A stretch of 64,000 bases of DNA from Octopus vulgaris (taxonomy: Eukaryota), in assembly GCA_951406725.2 (NCBI GenBank), contig OX597817.1, positions 100,688,001-100,752,000 on the forward strand, written 5' to 3'. This document shows, piece by piece, positions 14,486 through 28,835 of this stretch (its first letter is position 1; every line of letters starts with the position of its first letter). The notes under the pieces were generated by a model. That model was not told where the DNA came from. It worked only from the letters and a program-made list of their open reading frames with translations, and searched no databases. A program made the translations under genes and the position numbers.

Positions 14486-17400
14486 GAAGCATTCTTTTTT
14501 TTAGTGGTAGACTTAATCAGTCGCCTGCTTTAGCGCCATCACAAGACTATCGATTGTTTTTCATAGCGTTCACTTTGTTGCTAACATTTGAGCCAGGTTT
14601 CAAGTCTGTGGTTAATTTTCTCCTTTCCATTCATCAGTCTCATGGCCTGGAAAATGCTGCCATGAGCGCTTTATGTTGAAAATATCAGAGAACTACCTGC
14701 TAGGAATTGTTTATAATTTTGTTCATAAGGAGCAGAAAACAATAAAAATATAAAGTTCTTTAGGTAGTTTCGACATTGATTAACGAAAACGTATAAACAG
14801 AACCTTACTGAAGATATTTTCTTGAGACGGAAACGATATGTTCTTTTTAAATGAGATTTTATGGGTAAAACAATGATATTTGAGCTGTAGAACAATGAGA
14901 TTTTTGTTGTAAAACAATAAAGAGAATGTTTAGTAGTAAACTATGACAACTATTGATTTACTCAACAATATGTAGAGAATGATGAGTTAATAACATTTTA
15001 AATTTAATGCATCTCATGCAACCATCTTGTAAAAAGAGTCAGTTGTATGACCTCAAATGATCATAGATATGTATCAATGAAGGATTTACTGACATCTCTT
15101 TCCAGAAAGCATGCAATTACCACTACAACCACAACTGGAGGAACTGAGAGAGAAAATATGGCAGTGTTGAAAATGCAACGAACAACTATCAAACAAATTT
15201 GTTGTGCATATCCTGTAACTGACAGGAAGTAATGGCATAAAGAATCACTGGCGTTATGGATCAATTTAGACAAAATTAGCTTGAAACTTAGATGAATTGC
15301 TGCATTGTAAAATAAACTTGTTCTCTTCGAACGCAAAAAATCCCCAGCCTTGTAGTGCATTTGAATACATCACCTTACACTTCTTTCTGTATTCATATTC
15401 CATCATATTTTACCTTTTGTCATTACGGCAGCATTAATATAACATTTTATCGAGGTAGCTTTTCAATGATAACATCTTAAATAAACAAGTAATTGAATTT
15501 GTGCAGAACTGCCTTTTGGAAATGTACCACTTTTAATATAGAAGAACATTTTTCTTGTTAAATGCAAGTTTAGTTTTTCAAGGTAAGCAAATTTGAATTG
15601 GGTTTAAACCATCAGGTTATTGTTATAATGTGTCCACCAAAGATGTAAATTTGCACATGACTCTCATTGAAATCCGAGGATCATGGTTATCATCTACAAT
15701 ATTTTATTTTGGTGCTATTCAAATCAAGATGTAAGATTACAAAAGAGTGAAAATTAAATTAAATATATAAGTAAAAAACGCATAAGGTAATGACCGAAGC
15801 GGGAAGCAAGGAAAGGACATTAAAGTAATCTATTTGAGGCAATATTAATCTATACAACTTACTCTCACGGATGTATTTCTCATTTGTTTCACTTAATACA
15901 TTTTAATTACATATTCTTCATCTCTTGCAACTATATATTTCTCGATTTTGTTGGTATGGCATCTACTCTATTTTCACAAAGGACATTTTTGCATTGGTTC
16001 AGTAATTCTCTTTCAGAATTTTGATTGCATTATTTTCCCCTTCTTATTGTTCCTATATATTATTTGTTATGTTTGTTTAAAACACGCGTCTTTCGCTCTC
16101 TAATAATTTATAAAATGAATAAAATTAATCGAAATAATTGGTTTCTTTCTCTTTTAAAATATAGCAATTTTTTGCTTTCTCACTTTGCTTCCTCATATTA
16201 CGAATGTGATTGCCAAATATAGTTAAAGTATTGTAAAGCAATCTTATGCTACTACTCATGAGCAAACTTGTGTACACACATGCACGCACGTGCGCGCGTA
16301 CACACACAGTCACTCACACGCACGTAGAGAGTATAAGAAACATTCAAATGTACACATGCTCTTAGGCACACGCTATTTGTATGCATTCGAAAATCTAGAC
16401 ACATCTATAACAATTCTAATGTATTATTTTGAGACGATTGACGTGTTCTCAAGTTTTTTTTAAAAGAAATCTTTGTGCAAGATATATGTAAATAATGTAT
16501 TGTTAAAGAAGAGATGACGTTTAAATTATGTTTACATTGTATAGCAAAAACAAATAGAGTGTATTGATGCATTTTAGTCGTATAACAAAATACGAAAGCG
16601 TTGATAAAAACTGAAGTTTGCATACAATAAACTGTCCCCAAACACAAACTAGGTGAAGATATATCTATATCAAGCACTGTAATAGGTGAAATATGACCAA
16701 ACCTGATGGGAATTCGCTAAAAAATTGTGAAATATGTAACAAAGCCGAGATAACATAATCAGTTGCGGTTTAACTTTCAATAGAATTTAATTTCATTTGA
16801 GAATGTGGGAGGAAAATAGAAGAAAAATAGAATTGAGTGGAATAGTCAAGCTGTAGTTTATCAACTGAATAGGCTGTTTACTGCATATTTGTAGATAAAA
16901 ATATTGCTTTCCATTTAGAAAGAAACTTTGGATGTTAAATATTATATTCATAAACATCTCGTAAAATAGTAGAAGATGCAAATACAAAAGAAAATACTTT
17001 TGTGTGCTTGTTTTGTAAGATATTACACATTGAAAATAAATAAAACTGACAAGTTCTTTATTTATAAACTAGATGAATTTGATTACGTATAAAATTTCAT
17101 GCAATATGGCTCCAAATATGAGTGTTGAGATGCAGCACACAGACGAAAATTTTGATGTTATCACTCGGCTACCCCAATTTTCATCTAATATATTTCAGTA
17201 GGTGTTATATATCAGGTTTATAGCAATTTATTGGAGCTGATAAATTATTTCGAATTTATTTTCAAAGTACCTATTATTATTTAGATCTAGAAAGGAAAAC
17301 AGTATCCAGTAGCTATTGGAAATACTTCCAGGCACTGGAATTTGACACATTTGAGATACTGCACACAGGTTTTGCAAACTGATTCCCATGGGGAGATTGT

Positions 17401-18376
17401 GAACCGTCAGGTCCCCGAAAATTACACTTCTGAGGACGGAAGACGGCCAAACGGAAACACAGGAGAGAAAAAAGGCAGGAACCGGGTACATAGAATGGGT
17501 TTGTATCGCGTTGAAGGTAGTACAAAGATAGCTGATTTAGAGAAATAGGAAGTCTAGAATTTTGGACTGTAGTAGAAGTAGTGTGATCGCTTTGAAAGAC
17601 TTTCAGTGGTAGTTGAGTATGGAATTTAGAATTTTTGAATGTTTTAGATATGTCTTATTTATGTGTAGAGACGACTGAATAAAATTTCTCGTTGTATGTA
17701 AAGTGTTTGAGTTTTCGCGCCATTCAAAGGAACTAGGTGGACCTGTTCCATTAGATAATGCTTATAGAAGCAGGTCAAGTCTGGCATCCGTTTCATATTT
17801 TAATGTTATTAAGAAGTAAAGCAATAGGACTAAAAATGAAAATGAGAATACTGAATAAATTAAACAAACTGATAGCTGAAGTTCCTGATATCAAAGTTGG
17901 AGAAACATCTTTTCAAAAAGTAAGTCATTAAATATGATTTGACAGACTTATAGTACATATCCAGAGAAATAGGAAGAAAGAAAACATCTTTGGCGGGTAA
18001 GCCTTTGAAGGAGCAAGTTCCATTTTAAAAGTAAAATGCTCCCTAAACCTTAAAAGACATGTTTAAAATCAATGCGTAGTTGCAATAATTTTTCATGGTG
18101 TAGGAATATGAAACCTGATATATAAAAAAGTAAGCTTGGAATAGCTTGGCATGCACATTAATGCATTATGCTTGGAATAATGAGATCGGTATAATTGGTA
18201 AATTGATTAGTACACTAGATTCTAGATATTATATAACATTGTATTATACAATATTACATTATTGGTTTAAATATTTAAGATGGCAGTGTTAACAATTTTG
18301 AGGTGAACAGGGCTTTCTTAATGTTACTGATTATCTTGTGTAAAATATCAATGGTTTCAATTTCGATTGAATTTAA

Positions 18377-19439
18377 GGATCTCTTCACTTTTATCGGCTG
18401 ATCGAAAAATTAATTTTTTGTAACTAAACACTTTAAAACTCCGGACACTGGTAGACTGTGTCATATAAAACATCTATTACTCTCGCGTTGTTGAGAAAAG
18501 TTTCTATTTACGAAGTTATTTCGTGTTAAAGTTGAGGTACTTCGGTAATTTCAACCAATTAGTGACGTGTATTCAGCTGAATAAAATTACTGCTGTTGTT
18601 TGTCAACAACAACTATCGGCGGTGTATATTGTCACTGTTATTTATGACATCGTTCGTGCGTTTGTACTGGTTTTAGCTTTAGGGTTTTATGGTTAGGGTT
18701 TTAGGGTTAAGGTTTTAGGGTTAGGGTTAGGGTTAGGGTTTTAGGGTTAGGGTTAGCGTTTTAGGGTTAGGGTTTTAGGGTTAGGGTTTTAGTGTTAGGG
18801 TTTTAGGTTTAGGGTTAGGGCTTTAGGGTTAGGGCTAGGTTAGCGTTTTAGGGTTAGGGTTACGGAAAAAGTGAAAAATGAAGAAATTGGAAGGGATCCA
18901 AAATATTTCAAAATTCCGATTTTTGGCAATTTTCCGGAATCTCCGTATCCGAAAAGCTGGGTTTTTGGCAAAAAAAATTAAAAAAACAATAATTTGCGAG
19001 AAAATGGGCAAGGGAGCGTACGGGAGGAAGTCTTTTCGAAAATTGTAGCTGAAAACAGGAAAAAACCTAAAAGCAGTAGAAATGCACGAACGATTATGGT
19101 GGTGTCATGCAGTAAACGTGCTTCAGATACACTCGTTTATTCATACGAAAGTAACTGAGATGAAATATGTCATAGATAACAGTGGCAAATGAAATATATA
19201 CCCCGGAAGTTGTTGACAAACAACAGCAGTAATTTTATTCAGCTGAAAACAAGTCATTGGTTGAAATTACTGAAATACGACAACTTTAACACGAAATAAC
19301 CTCGTAAATAGAAATTTTTATCAACAACGCTAAGAGTAAAAGATGTTTTATATGACACGTTCTACCAGTGTCCGAAGTTTGAAAGTATTTAATTACAAAA
19401 ACTTAATTTTTCGATTTGCCGATGAAAGTGAAAACATCC
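18377..19439. mobile_element. Non-autonomous long-TIR DNA transposon (Merlin- or Mutator-like) carrying telomeric repeats
   Basis: Imperfect TIRs ~18377-18652 and ~19165-19439 (GGATCTCTTCACTTTTATCGGC...GCCGATGAAAGTGAAAACATCC); exact 8-bp TSD GAATTTAA at 18369-18376 and 19440-19447; superfamily inferred only from GG..CC termini and TSD length. Confidence 0.88.
18670..18862 (+). repeat. Interstitial telomeric-type repeat (TTAGGG/TTTTAGGG)n
   Basis: Directly visible inside the TIR element. Confidence 0.95.
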
Positions 19440-20014
19440 GAATTTAATTGTACTTTCAAAAGCCTAGTTATGACCAAGTTTGAAACATTAACATGTGTTT
19501 CAAATTAAGTAAATTTCAAATTAAGTAAATGGCCTTTGTACTATATCAACAAACGCATCACTTTTCAAGCAACGTATAGAATGATAATCTCTCAAGACTT
19601 TTATTTGGCAAAGAAAATACTTTGAAGAGTTTTAGATAGCTCTTATTTGTTCAATATGAAAACTAAAATGTGCAATGAAGATTAAGTAGATTTCAAAGGT
19701 ATGTGTAATAAAAAAAATTAAGCAAATTCATACTATTGAACAAATACTATTGAAATAGCATTTGCTTTCAGATTGATTGTCCTGAAGCTAAAAACATTAA
19801 TTCGATTAAAATTCATGAATACATATTTAAATATATTCTAGTCACATACATAATAATGAGAACCCCATTAAAGCTTGGAGAATCCATTTGTAGGAGGTGT
19901 GACAGAGTTGGAATATTCAATGGAACTATAAATGCATTATTGTAAGCAGTTTTTAGATTTTCAGATTATGATAGACTTATTTCTTTTGAGTTGAACGGAT
20001 AGCTATATTATATC

Positions 20015-20225
20015 TGGTTTAAATTTTGACACAAGAACTGCAAGTTCGTATGAGGGTTAAGTCGATTACATCGACACGCAGGGTTCAACTGGCACTTATT
20101 TTATCGGTCCTGAGAGGAGGAAAAGTAAAGTCGACCTCGGCAGAATTTGAACTCAGAACGTAAAAATGGACGAAATACCGCTAAGCATTTTACCCCACGT
20201 GATCATGATTCTGCTGCCTCGCTGC
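20015..20225 (-). mobile_element. tRNA-derived SINE with Meta/MESC-like domain
   Basis: Reverse complement of copy at 24088-24302 (GAGTTCAAATTC B box; GATAAAATAAGT..CAGTTG..GTCGATGTAATCGACTT). Confidence 0.85.
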
Positions 20226-20726
20226 TTTAGAGCTATATTATATATTGATTTCAGATTGTAGTACAGGGCCACTAACTTCGAGGGAGAGCGGTAACATGAT
20301 TTTGTATAATAATAATAAGAATATATTTGGTATTGAAAGGAAACCTTATATACACATACGTTTATATCACTCAATATACTGATACAGTATATCAATAAAC
20401 CGAAACATGGTCAAAATTAGTTCAGAATAAATATGTCGATTCACAAGAAGCACGAAAAATGCATATTCACCTCTGAATATTATAACTATGGCGATATTAC
20501 GCAACAGAAGATAATGATATTTTCAAGTTTGTTTAAATATATGTTTATAAATTAACAGATCAGATAACATAGGTCATGAAAGAATTCATGATCATGTTTA
20601 AATTCCCTGCTGGAATCATTCGATATAATGAATATTACGTGACGAAATTTATGAATGTAACACATTCCTATTTTCTTCTATGGTTTGAGGTTTCATGCTG
20701 TGTATTTGATACAATTTTGACACTGT

Positions 20727-21205
20727 ATATAAGGGACAAAAGGTATTTGAGAACATTAAACTATCAGTATATTACTCTTTTCAAACTAATTAAAAGGTTT
20801 TATTTCTTCTAGGGCCCCGTGGCAAATAAAATGCTAAGAGAAGAAATGAAAAGACATGCTATCATTGTGCGAAATTGCCAAGTTTCTAAATGTTACAAGA
20901 TTTTTGCACAAAACGATCGGATGGAACTGGAAACCTGTGGCGAGAATGGTTCAAGCATTCTGAACATTCGGACACTGTAAGCAATTCATCCTGTGGGTTC
21001 AAAAAATTATCAATGAATAACGATTCCGGTCTCGCATTTAAGTACTCACTCAAGCTAAAGGTGTAGTCATAGAATAATTTTATAAGAAATTCTATTGAGA
21101 ATATGAGTGCAATTTTATTTCATCAAAATACATTTGGTTTTTGCTATATTAGAGTTGCTTTCTTAAATTTGCAAATATATCATCAAATATCTCTTGCACT
21201 CTGTA
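20727..21205 (+). mobile_element. Decayed internally deleted Tc1/mariner (maT-like) element
   Basis: EMKRHAIIV-like N-terminus and RFRSRI-like C-terminus; ends TCAAATATCTCTTGCACTCTGTA with a weak inverted match near 20727. Confidence 0.4.
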
Positions 21206-21379
21206 CATATAGAGCTCTAGCATATTTTACCTGATTTTATTAACCAGGGAAAGTTGACCACCGCAGAATTTAGACGCAAGACATAAAGAACAGTAATTGA
21301 TACGGAACAGTTTGACTGATACTCTAACATTTCTTGAAGAAAAGTAGGCCATCCCACAGCGGTAAGATCAATTAAAATA

Positions 21380-21565
21380 TTAGTTTCAAATTTGACACAA
21401 GGCCAGTAATTTCGAGGAAGGGTTAAGTCGATTACATCGACCCCAATGATCGACTGGTACTTATTGTATCAACCCCGAAAGGATGAAAGACAAAACATGA
21501 ACTCAGAAGGTGAAGGCAGATGAAATTCCGCTAAGCCTTTTGCCCGGCGGGCTAACGATTCTGCA
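21380..21565 (-). mobile_element. Meta/MESC-like SINE
   Basis: Same family as 20015 and 24088 copies. Confidence 0.85.
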
Positions 21566-23179
21566 ACTGAAGAAATATTAGCATTCATTTTAAAGAATGA
21601 CAAGAAACATTAATTCAAGTTCATTAAATTCATTTTGTGGGATGACACTTGTTTGAAAACTTTGCTAGAAACGTATCCATTTTGCAAGAAAATAATTATG
21701 CAATGAAATAAGCACAGATAATGTGGAAGACACGGTCAAGTTGGTTTCAGTGATGAAGGTATGCAAATCTGCTGAGTAAACAGAGAGGGAGAGAGGGGGA
21801 GAAAAGCGATAGTGTGAGAGAGAAGGGAAGAGGGAGAAAGAGAGAGAGCATCAGAGTGGGTGATAGAGGAAACACCGTGTCAGAGAACCAGCAAATGTGG
21901 TATTTTGGTAACTGGTCTTTTTGGAATGTGGTCCTGGATATTTGTGCGCATATTGACACCTTACCAAATGTGTAAATAATATTCTAGCATCGTACTTTCG
22001 GACCCTGTTTTTATAATATATTAATTGCAATATAAGAACTTGTGGGTGTTGCATAGAACTCTCTTTATATATCTAGTAATTCTGTATTTGTTCTTTAGAA
22101 AGTAAGCGCTCTGGAATTTCCTTCTTGCCCATGTTTTTTCTTTAAATACCATTGACTTGAAATTCCTAAAGAACAATAACCACGTCAATTTCAACGAAAT
22201 CAGGAAACTAGCTAAATCTATGGGCCCAGCGCCTTCTTTCGACAAATCAAAAAGAGAAAAAAAAAGTATTTCCTGAGAATGTAATTTCCTAAATACTGTA
22301 TTGATTACTGAGAAGGGAGACAAAATCAGTGTTATAATCAATGTGGCTATTTACAACTGTTTTGATCGTCCTTATAATATTGAAAATTAGGTTTATAGGA
22401 GAAGGGCTAGAAAGTTTAACTTTATGACCATGATGTACACTATGAGAGATTTTATAGATTGGCACATAGTCAGTTTGAGAGCAATGAAATGGATACCAAT
22501 CATCAGGCATGTGATACAAGGATTGGAAATGAGACAGGCGGAACACATAAAAGGGAGTATACTTGATAAGTTTAGACATGTGCGTCTATAAGTAATGTAG
22601 ATGTTGATGCGAAACAAGCAACAGGAGTGAAGAAATTCACTTGAAATTTTGGAGTCGTATAAAGTTACAGATCTGACATTCGTTTGGTGCTGTAAGCAGT
22701 ATACACTTATACTGGTTTACAATCATGTTCATAATTATATAAGCTGAAAAGTGCACATATACGCGAGATATATTAAATGAGTGTTTTTATGTGGTGTATA
22801 CTAAAGTGCCGGTTCACGGTTACACATAAACTTATTCATATTTCCGCAAATCTCATTCAAACGAATATTTTATTCTTACTGACTTATATATACCAAAATA
22901 AGGAACATTGGAACAAGAATTTGAATTCATACTCTCGATTCGGTTTAAATTGAGAGATGATCAACATCAGCAATCTATCCTAAATTAGTGACAAAAGATG
23001 AACTTGGGCCACACGTTGGTATCTCAAAAAGTATTTCAAAATCAAGACGAGTAAAGGAAGATCAACTAGGACAGTTAAAACTACAACAACAACGACAACA
23101 AAAGAACAGCATCAACAAAAATATTTTGTTGAACATTACTTGAAAAGAGCATTATAATGAAGTGTGACAAAAAGATGGC

Positions 23180-23630
23180 ACTGGGAGTTATCTCATAAAT
23201 TATTATACAAAAATAGAGTCCCTCTGAAAAATACTTTTGAAATATTAAAAGATCTTAGTTTGAGCCAAAAATGATAGCATTAGACATTACTGTTAGAAGA
23301 ATTAAAATGTACTTGAAAAGCAATTAACTTAGCAATGCGGAAATAAGTTTTTAATGCTCATGTCGAGTTCATTTGCATCTAGTTCTGGTTTCCAACTCAG
23401 AAAAGTTGAACGAGGATCAAACAGTTTACCAGTGAAAGTGTACGGTTACTTCAAAATGATTGAAGAGATTGGAAGTAATTAGCTGCCAAAAGATGAAATA
23501 ACTATTTGACTGAGGTACCGATAACAATGTTACATGAAGAAAGTAGATACAAAATGGAACCCCCTGAAGATAGAAATGTCAAAAAAGCCCATAGTTTATT
23601 TGCTAACCATCCGAAAATGTATCAGGGACA
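23180..23630 (+). mobile_element. Possible ancient CR1/L2-group LINE 3' remnant
   Basis: Frameshifted HVEF..FWFP and PKCIRD segments recalling HLEY..WSP and LFN.LPK.IRD motifs. Confidence 0.3.
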
Positions 23631-24087
23631 CTAATCATAACACATGAGCATGCTATGATGTAGTAATGTGTGGAAAATATTGTGCTTGAAGAATATGGCA
23701 AAAGTAGCAGGGTTAGTTGTATTCTAGTAAGAAGATAAAAGTCACTTGAGCTACAGAAAAATGAAGTCCATAATTTTATGATTGTGAGCAAGATGAACGT
23801 ATAACCATAAAGATTTAAGCGAAATCGAAACTCAAGCCAAAATTAATCAAAATTCACAAGTCCATAAATTAAAGGGAAGTTCCACTGAATGGACCAGACC
23901 CCTTCCCCACCAAAAGAACTGCGAATGGATAATTACTATAAGGAAGAAATAATAGTGACACGCTCTGTTAAGAGGGAAGCAAATGATGGATGATACAGCT
24001 TTTGAGAGGTAAAATGTGGCGACGGAAAAATCAGAATTAAAGAAGAAAACCCAGTAAAACCATTATTAAAGGCGAAGTGGAAAAGAT

Positions 24088-24302
24088 GCGCGGTGAACTA
24101 GTAGATTCGTTAGCAAAATGCTTAGCGGAGCAAAATGCTTAGCGGAGCAAAATGCTTAGCGGAGATCAAATTCCACTGCGGTCGACTTTGCCTTTCCTCT
24201 TTTCGGGGTCGATAAAATAAGTACCAGTTGATCACTGGGGTCGATGTAATCGACTTACCCATTCCCTCGAAATTACTGGCCTTGTGTCAAAATTTGAAAC
24301 CG
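24088..24302 (+). mobile_element. Meta/MESC-like SINE with internal 17-bp triplication
   Basis: GTCGACTTTGCCTTTCCTCTTTTCGGGGTCGATAAAATAAGTACCAGTTG; AGCAAAATGCTTAGCGG x3 at 24112-24162. Confidence 0.88.
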
Positions 24303-27035
24303 ATATTTATCAGAGCTCCCTTGGTGCATAGAAAGAAACCTGGTGGAATCTAAAAAAACGTAAAACATTCCTGAGGAGTTAGAGTCTAGGAATTATAAAA
24401 TGGAAACTATTCTGTAACAACTTCGATGAATTGTAAAACTTCCATTTAGACCTGGGAAAATGTGTTGCACGATTAACATACAGAAACAAATGGTAGAGGC
24501 AAGAGCGTCGATGTAATTTAAAGAAACATTTAATTTATGCTATCTTATATAAAATATTTGCAGGTTAATGCTCATATCGTTGCAATAGTTTGAACAAAGT
24601 TAAAGAAAAAAAAAGAAACAATTCTAAAGAAAGCAGAAAAGAAAATCACTTCTAGGTGATTAGATTGTATGCCGTGTCTGTCCGGACAGATATAGAGAGC
24701 AATCTGCAGATTAATAAACATAAAAACAATCTAAAGTAACTATTATAACAAATAACAGACTTTCTTATAAAAGGTTTACTATTAAATATGAACGTGGATT
24801 AAGAGACACTATGAAATTCGACATCACGTTTTATTAATACCTATCGATGTAAATGTTTTGAATTCCCTTCTCTCTGCTTGTATTTCCTGAACCATCTTAT
24901 ACCATTACAGAATGTGAATTAAGAAATTTTATTAGCAGTTTGACATTTGGGAAAATCCCTAGAATATGTTAACATACATTCTTGTTGATAGCTGTCATTT
25001 AACTTGCCAGATAAAACTAGATTTAAACACCTTTTCGAAAAGCCTGGAAAAAGTGTCTAGATGTTCTTGAACAGAGCAAAGAAATTCTAAAATCTTGTAG
25101 TTAGCATCTTCTACATTAAATTTTATCTGCACATTAAATTTTTCGTGCGCTGTGCTTATAGCTGGAACGAACGAAAAGAGTTTCAAGTACCGAAATGCGT
25201 TGGGTATATCTAGAAATACTCTTCTTGTCTCAATTACAGTTTATGGAAATATAAGCGGGTAATGTATATTATCTATGGTTGTCTGGTGACAAAAAGAGAT
25301 CGTTGTCCTTTTTACCACAACAGACTTCTTTACAAATGTCTTTTCTCTGACAGTGTTTCAATGGTTGATATGGTCACTGCAATATAACTCTGTCTGTTTT
25401 ATCTACTGTGTCTGTTGCTTTCTTTTCGTTATATTTAGTAATCCTATAAAAACTTTAACCCAAATATAGAATGAAAGTACTTTTGTTTTGATAGCTTAGT
25501 TAAAGAGCATTATGCATTTCTCCGCATACTACATATCATCCGCATTCACTCACCATTTTAAAACTCTTTATTGTGGGACATGTTGACGTAACACCGGTCT
25601 TAAATCCAGAAAGGTTTCAAAGGAGTATCTGACAAATATAGCAAATAGACTAAGCTGTTATGTCGTTCTGTAACCGAGTGATTGTAGTTGTTATTTTCTT
25701 TGCCATTTATGATCGTGTTCATTTAGTCCCTCATAGAAAAAATAAAGCATTTTAAGATAAATGATTACCAATAAATTAAGTAAATTGGTCAGATCGTATA
25801 ATCTTGAATATTCTTCTTGAATAAACAAATATCCACATAAAGTATACAATTATTAATTCAAAAGTATTATAGGCACTTGAACATAATAAATGAAGTTCAG
25901 TTACCTGAAAGAAGACATAAATAAATTATTCCCAACAATTTAGAGAAAAAGAAAGTGCAACACAATCCTTGATTTTCAGAATTTCTGAGAAGCTAAAATT
26001 TAGAATTAATGCTAAAATTAATGTGAAAGAATTCCCAAGAAATGGAACGTAAAAATATTTTCAGCAATAGAAACATTACATCCAGTAATCAGGTAAAGAA
26101 TATAAAATGTATAGTGTGGGTTTTTAATCTAATTGCTAAGCAGTCGGTTATACGCATTAGTAGTTAACTTGTTCAATATACAATCATTTTAGTAGTTTAA
26201 AATCTGTTTGTAGATAAACTGATAGTAGATAAACTGATTGACTTGTTACAATTTAATTAGAAATTTAATACTGATTAGGACAAATGCCTTACCAAAGTAG
26301 AAAAAAGCTTTATAGTATATGATAATGGAAGTGTGTTAGTAAACTATTAACAAAACTGGTTTTATATTGTAGTACGTTTTCATTGCATAAAACCAAAACA
26401 TCATTTTGAAAAGAATGAAGATAGCCAGTAAAGAAGAAACATTCAGAAATCATTAAATATTGGAAACTGTCAAAACAAATGTAGATCTGTCTGAACGGAT
26501 TCAGGTGTTATCAAGTGCTAGTACAAGATTTGCTGTGCAAATAGATTGCATGTGAATAACTTCAAAGCAACCACGATTAAAATTTCATTTAGTGCCGTCT
26601 GCTGAACATCAACGTGTTAGAGAATATTGTATTTAGTAAAGCTTGTATTCTGTTGACTTTTAAAGTAAAACGTTTGTCTTCGAACAACGTTTTTACAACC
26701 ACTTTACATATTATTTCTTAAAGATACACCATAGTTTCAGTGCGATAGACGCCTTACACTTAAATAAATAACTTTGTTTTCAAGTAGGATCTTCATCTAT
26801 TTAAATAATCGAGCTTAGTAAAAGTCATGTAGATCTATAGTACGTAAATTTACAATAACTATCAATATATTTAATTGTTGGCGAACTCTCGAGCTGACGG
26901 CGAATATATTTATGTTTTAAACCAAACGAAGGAAGAAGCTCCAGTTTGATATTGAGTACTCGATTGAAGAGTTAGCTTGATTACTAGTATGGCAAGAGAT
27001 AATAGATAATATTGAGAGGAGTACCATCTAAGAAA

Positions 27036-27383
27036 ACACATACACACACACGCACACGCACGCACACGCACGCACACGCACGCACGCACACGCACGCACG
27101 CACACGCACGCACGCACACGCACGCACACGCACGCACGCACGCACACGCACGCACGCACACGCACGCACGCACACGCACGCACGCACGCACACGCACGCA
27201 CGCACACGCACGCACGCACACGCACGCACACACACGCACGCACGCACGCACACACACGCACGCACACGCACGCACGCACACGCACGCACGCACACGCACG
27301 CACACGCACGCACGCACGCGCACGCACACGCACGCACGCACGCACACGCACACGCACGCACACGCACGCACACGCCCGCACGC

Positions 27384-27454
<71 letters not shown>

Positions 27455-27455
27455 C
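27036..27455. repeat. (CACG/CA)n alternating purine-pyrimidine tract
   Basis: Directly visible; source of the HART/CVRA pseudo-ORFs. Confidence 0.97.
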
Positions 27456-28156
27456 TTTGAGACATCATTCTGTAATCGTTTCGATCAAAGCTACTCCCGA
27501 CCAATGAATCTGAACGAGAGTCGTGGATCTTGTTTACAAGAGATCAGCAAGCAAGTCATTTACTGTTGCATGCTGATGTCTGCCAAACCGATAATAAGTC
27601 ATGGGAACACGCAAAATAGCAAGAATCTAAACATTAATGTAGCTGTTCATTTTTAGTATGTTCTAGGAGATTCGATTGTGAATATTTAATTAATCACTGT
27701 TGTTTTACGTCTTTGGAGATCTCCGATTAGACAATATACACTCATGACATACACGATTCATTGACGTAAGAGAACTTTGAGCCAGTGCAGTGTTTCGACG
27801 TCGTGGTAAATCTTGAAAAGGAGGAGATGTTCTTGGAAGACGAAATACAACAACGATAGGTATATTCCCGTTCGAATTTACGACAACCTATTATGAACGT
27901 ATTATGAATGGATACGTTATTGTATTGGATTCTCGCTGTTTTGCGTGTACCCAATGATTTATTATTTTATAATTATCTTATAATTCTACTTGTGTTATTA
28001 CAGTTTTGTTTTTTGTTCCGCCATACTTAGCTCAGTTCCGTGTTCGTTTGTCGTGCTTAAATTACTGGGAGAGACGTTTAGTCGCTTATACATCCAACTT
28101 TATGTTGATCGTACAAAACGCTGAGGACAACTTAATTCATATACGATATTTCGTTA

Positions 28157-28230
<74 letters not shown>

Positions 28231-28750
28231 TATGTACACACGCACAAACAAACACATAGAGACACAGACATAGAAACACGCACACACACACATACAATGA
28301 AACTCATTTTCCTCATTGATAAAGGTTGCACATTAGACTGTAAAATCCAAAGACTTTCTATTATTTCTTGCATTCTCTAGTTTAGTAGAAGTCAAAGGTT
28401 TAGTCAATCAGCAACATTGTTACAAGAATAAGACAGCACCGATAAAGCTAATCACGATTGCAGTATTATGTGGTTGGAGACTAAGATCTCGTCAGACGCA
28501 TTTCAACTACAGTCGAATTTTTCTGTCTGAACCAATATCCAACCAAGGACAGTTGTACATCACATTCACAAGAGCTCGTATGTTTTCAGATGTCCTGGTT
28601 AGAAAAGTGGAAAGTGATATGCATGGAAAAGAGAAATAATGTTGTGTGCTGAGAGGTCAGGTCTTGGTATGAATAAATATCTGAAAATTCATTAAAGTTT
28701 GATAATTGTGTTTTCATTCGAATCTAGTTTTATTTTTATTCCATATATAC

Positions 28751-28835
<85 letters not shown>

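Noticed and set aside
16700-16745. CTGATGG...GAAA pattern
   Set aside because: Core substitution and no helix I
17284-17548. GC-richer segment with several overlapping short ORFs
   Set aside because: No consistent splice frame or domain similarity
18670-18862. Possible true chromosome end or fusion scar
   Set aside because: Tract is single-orientation, degenerate and enclosed by TIRs with a TSD
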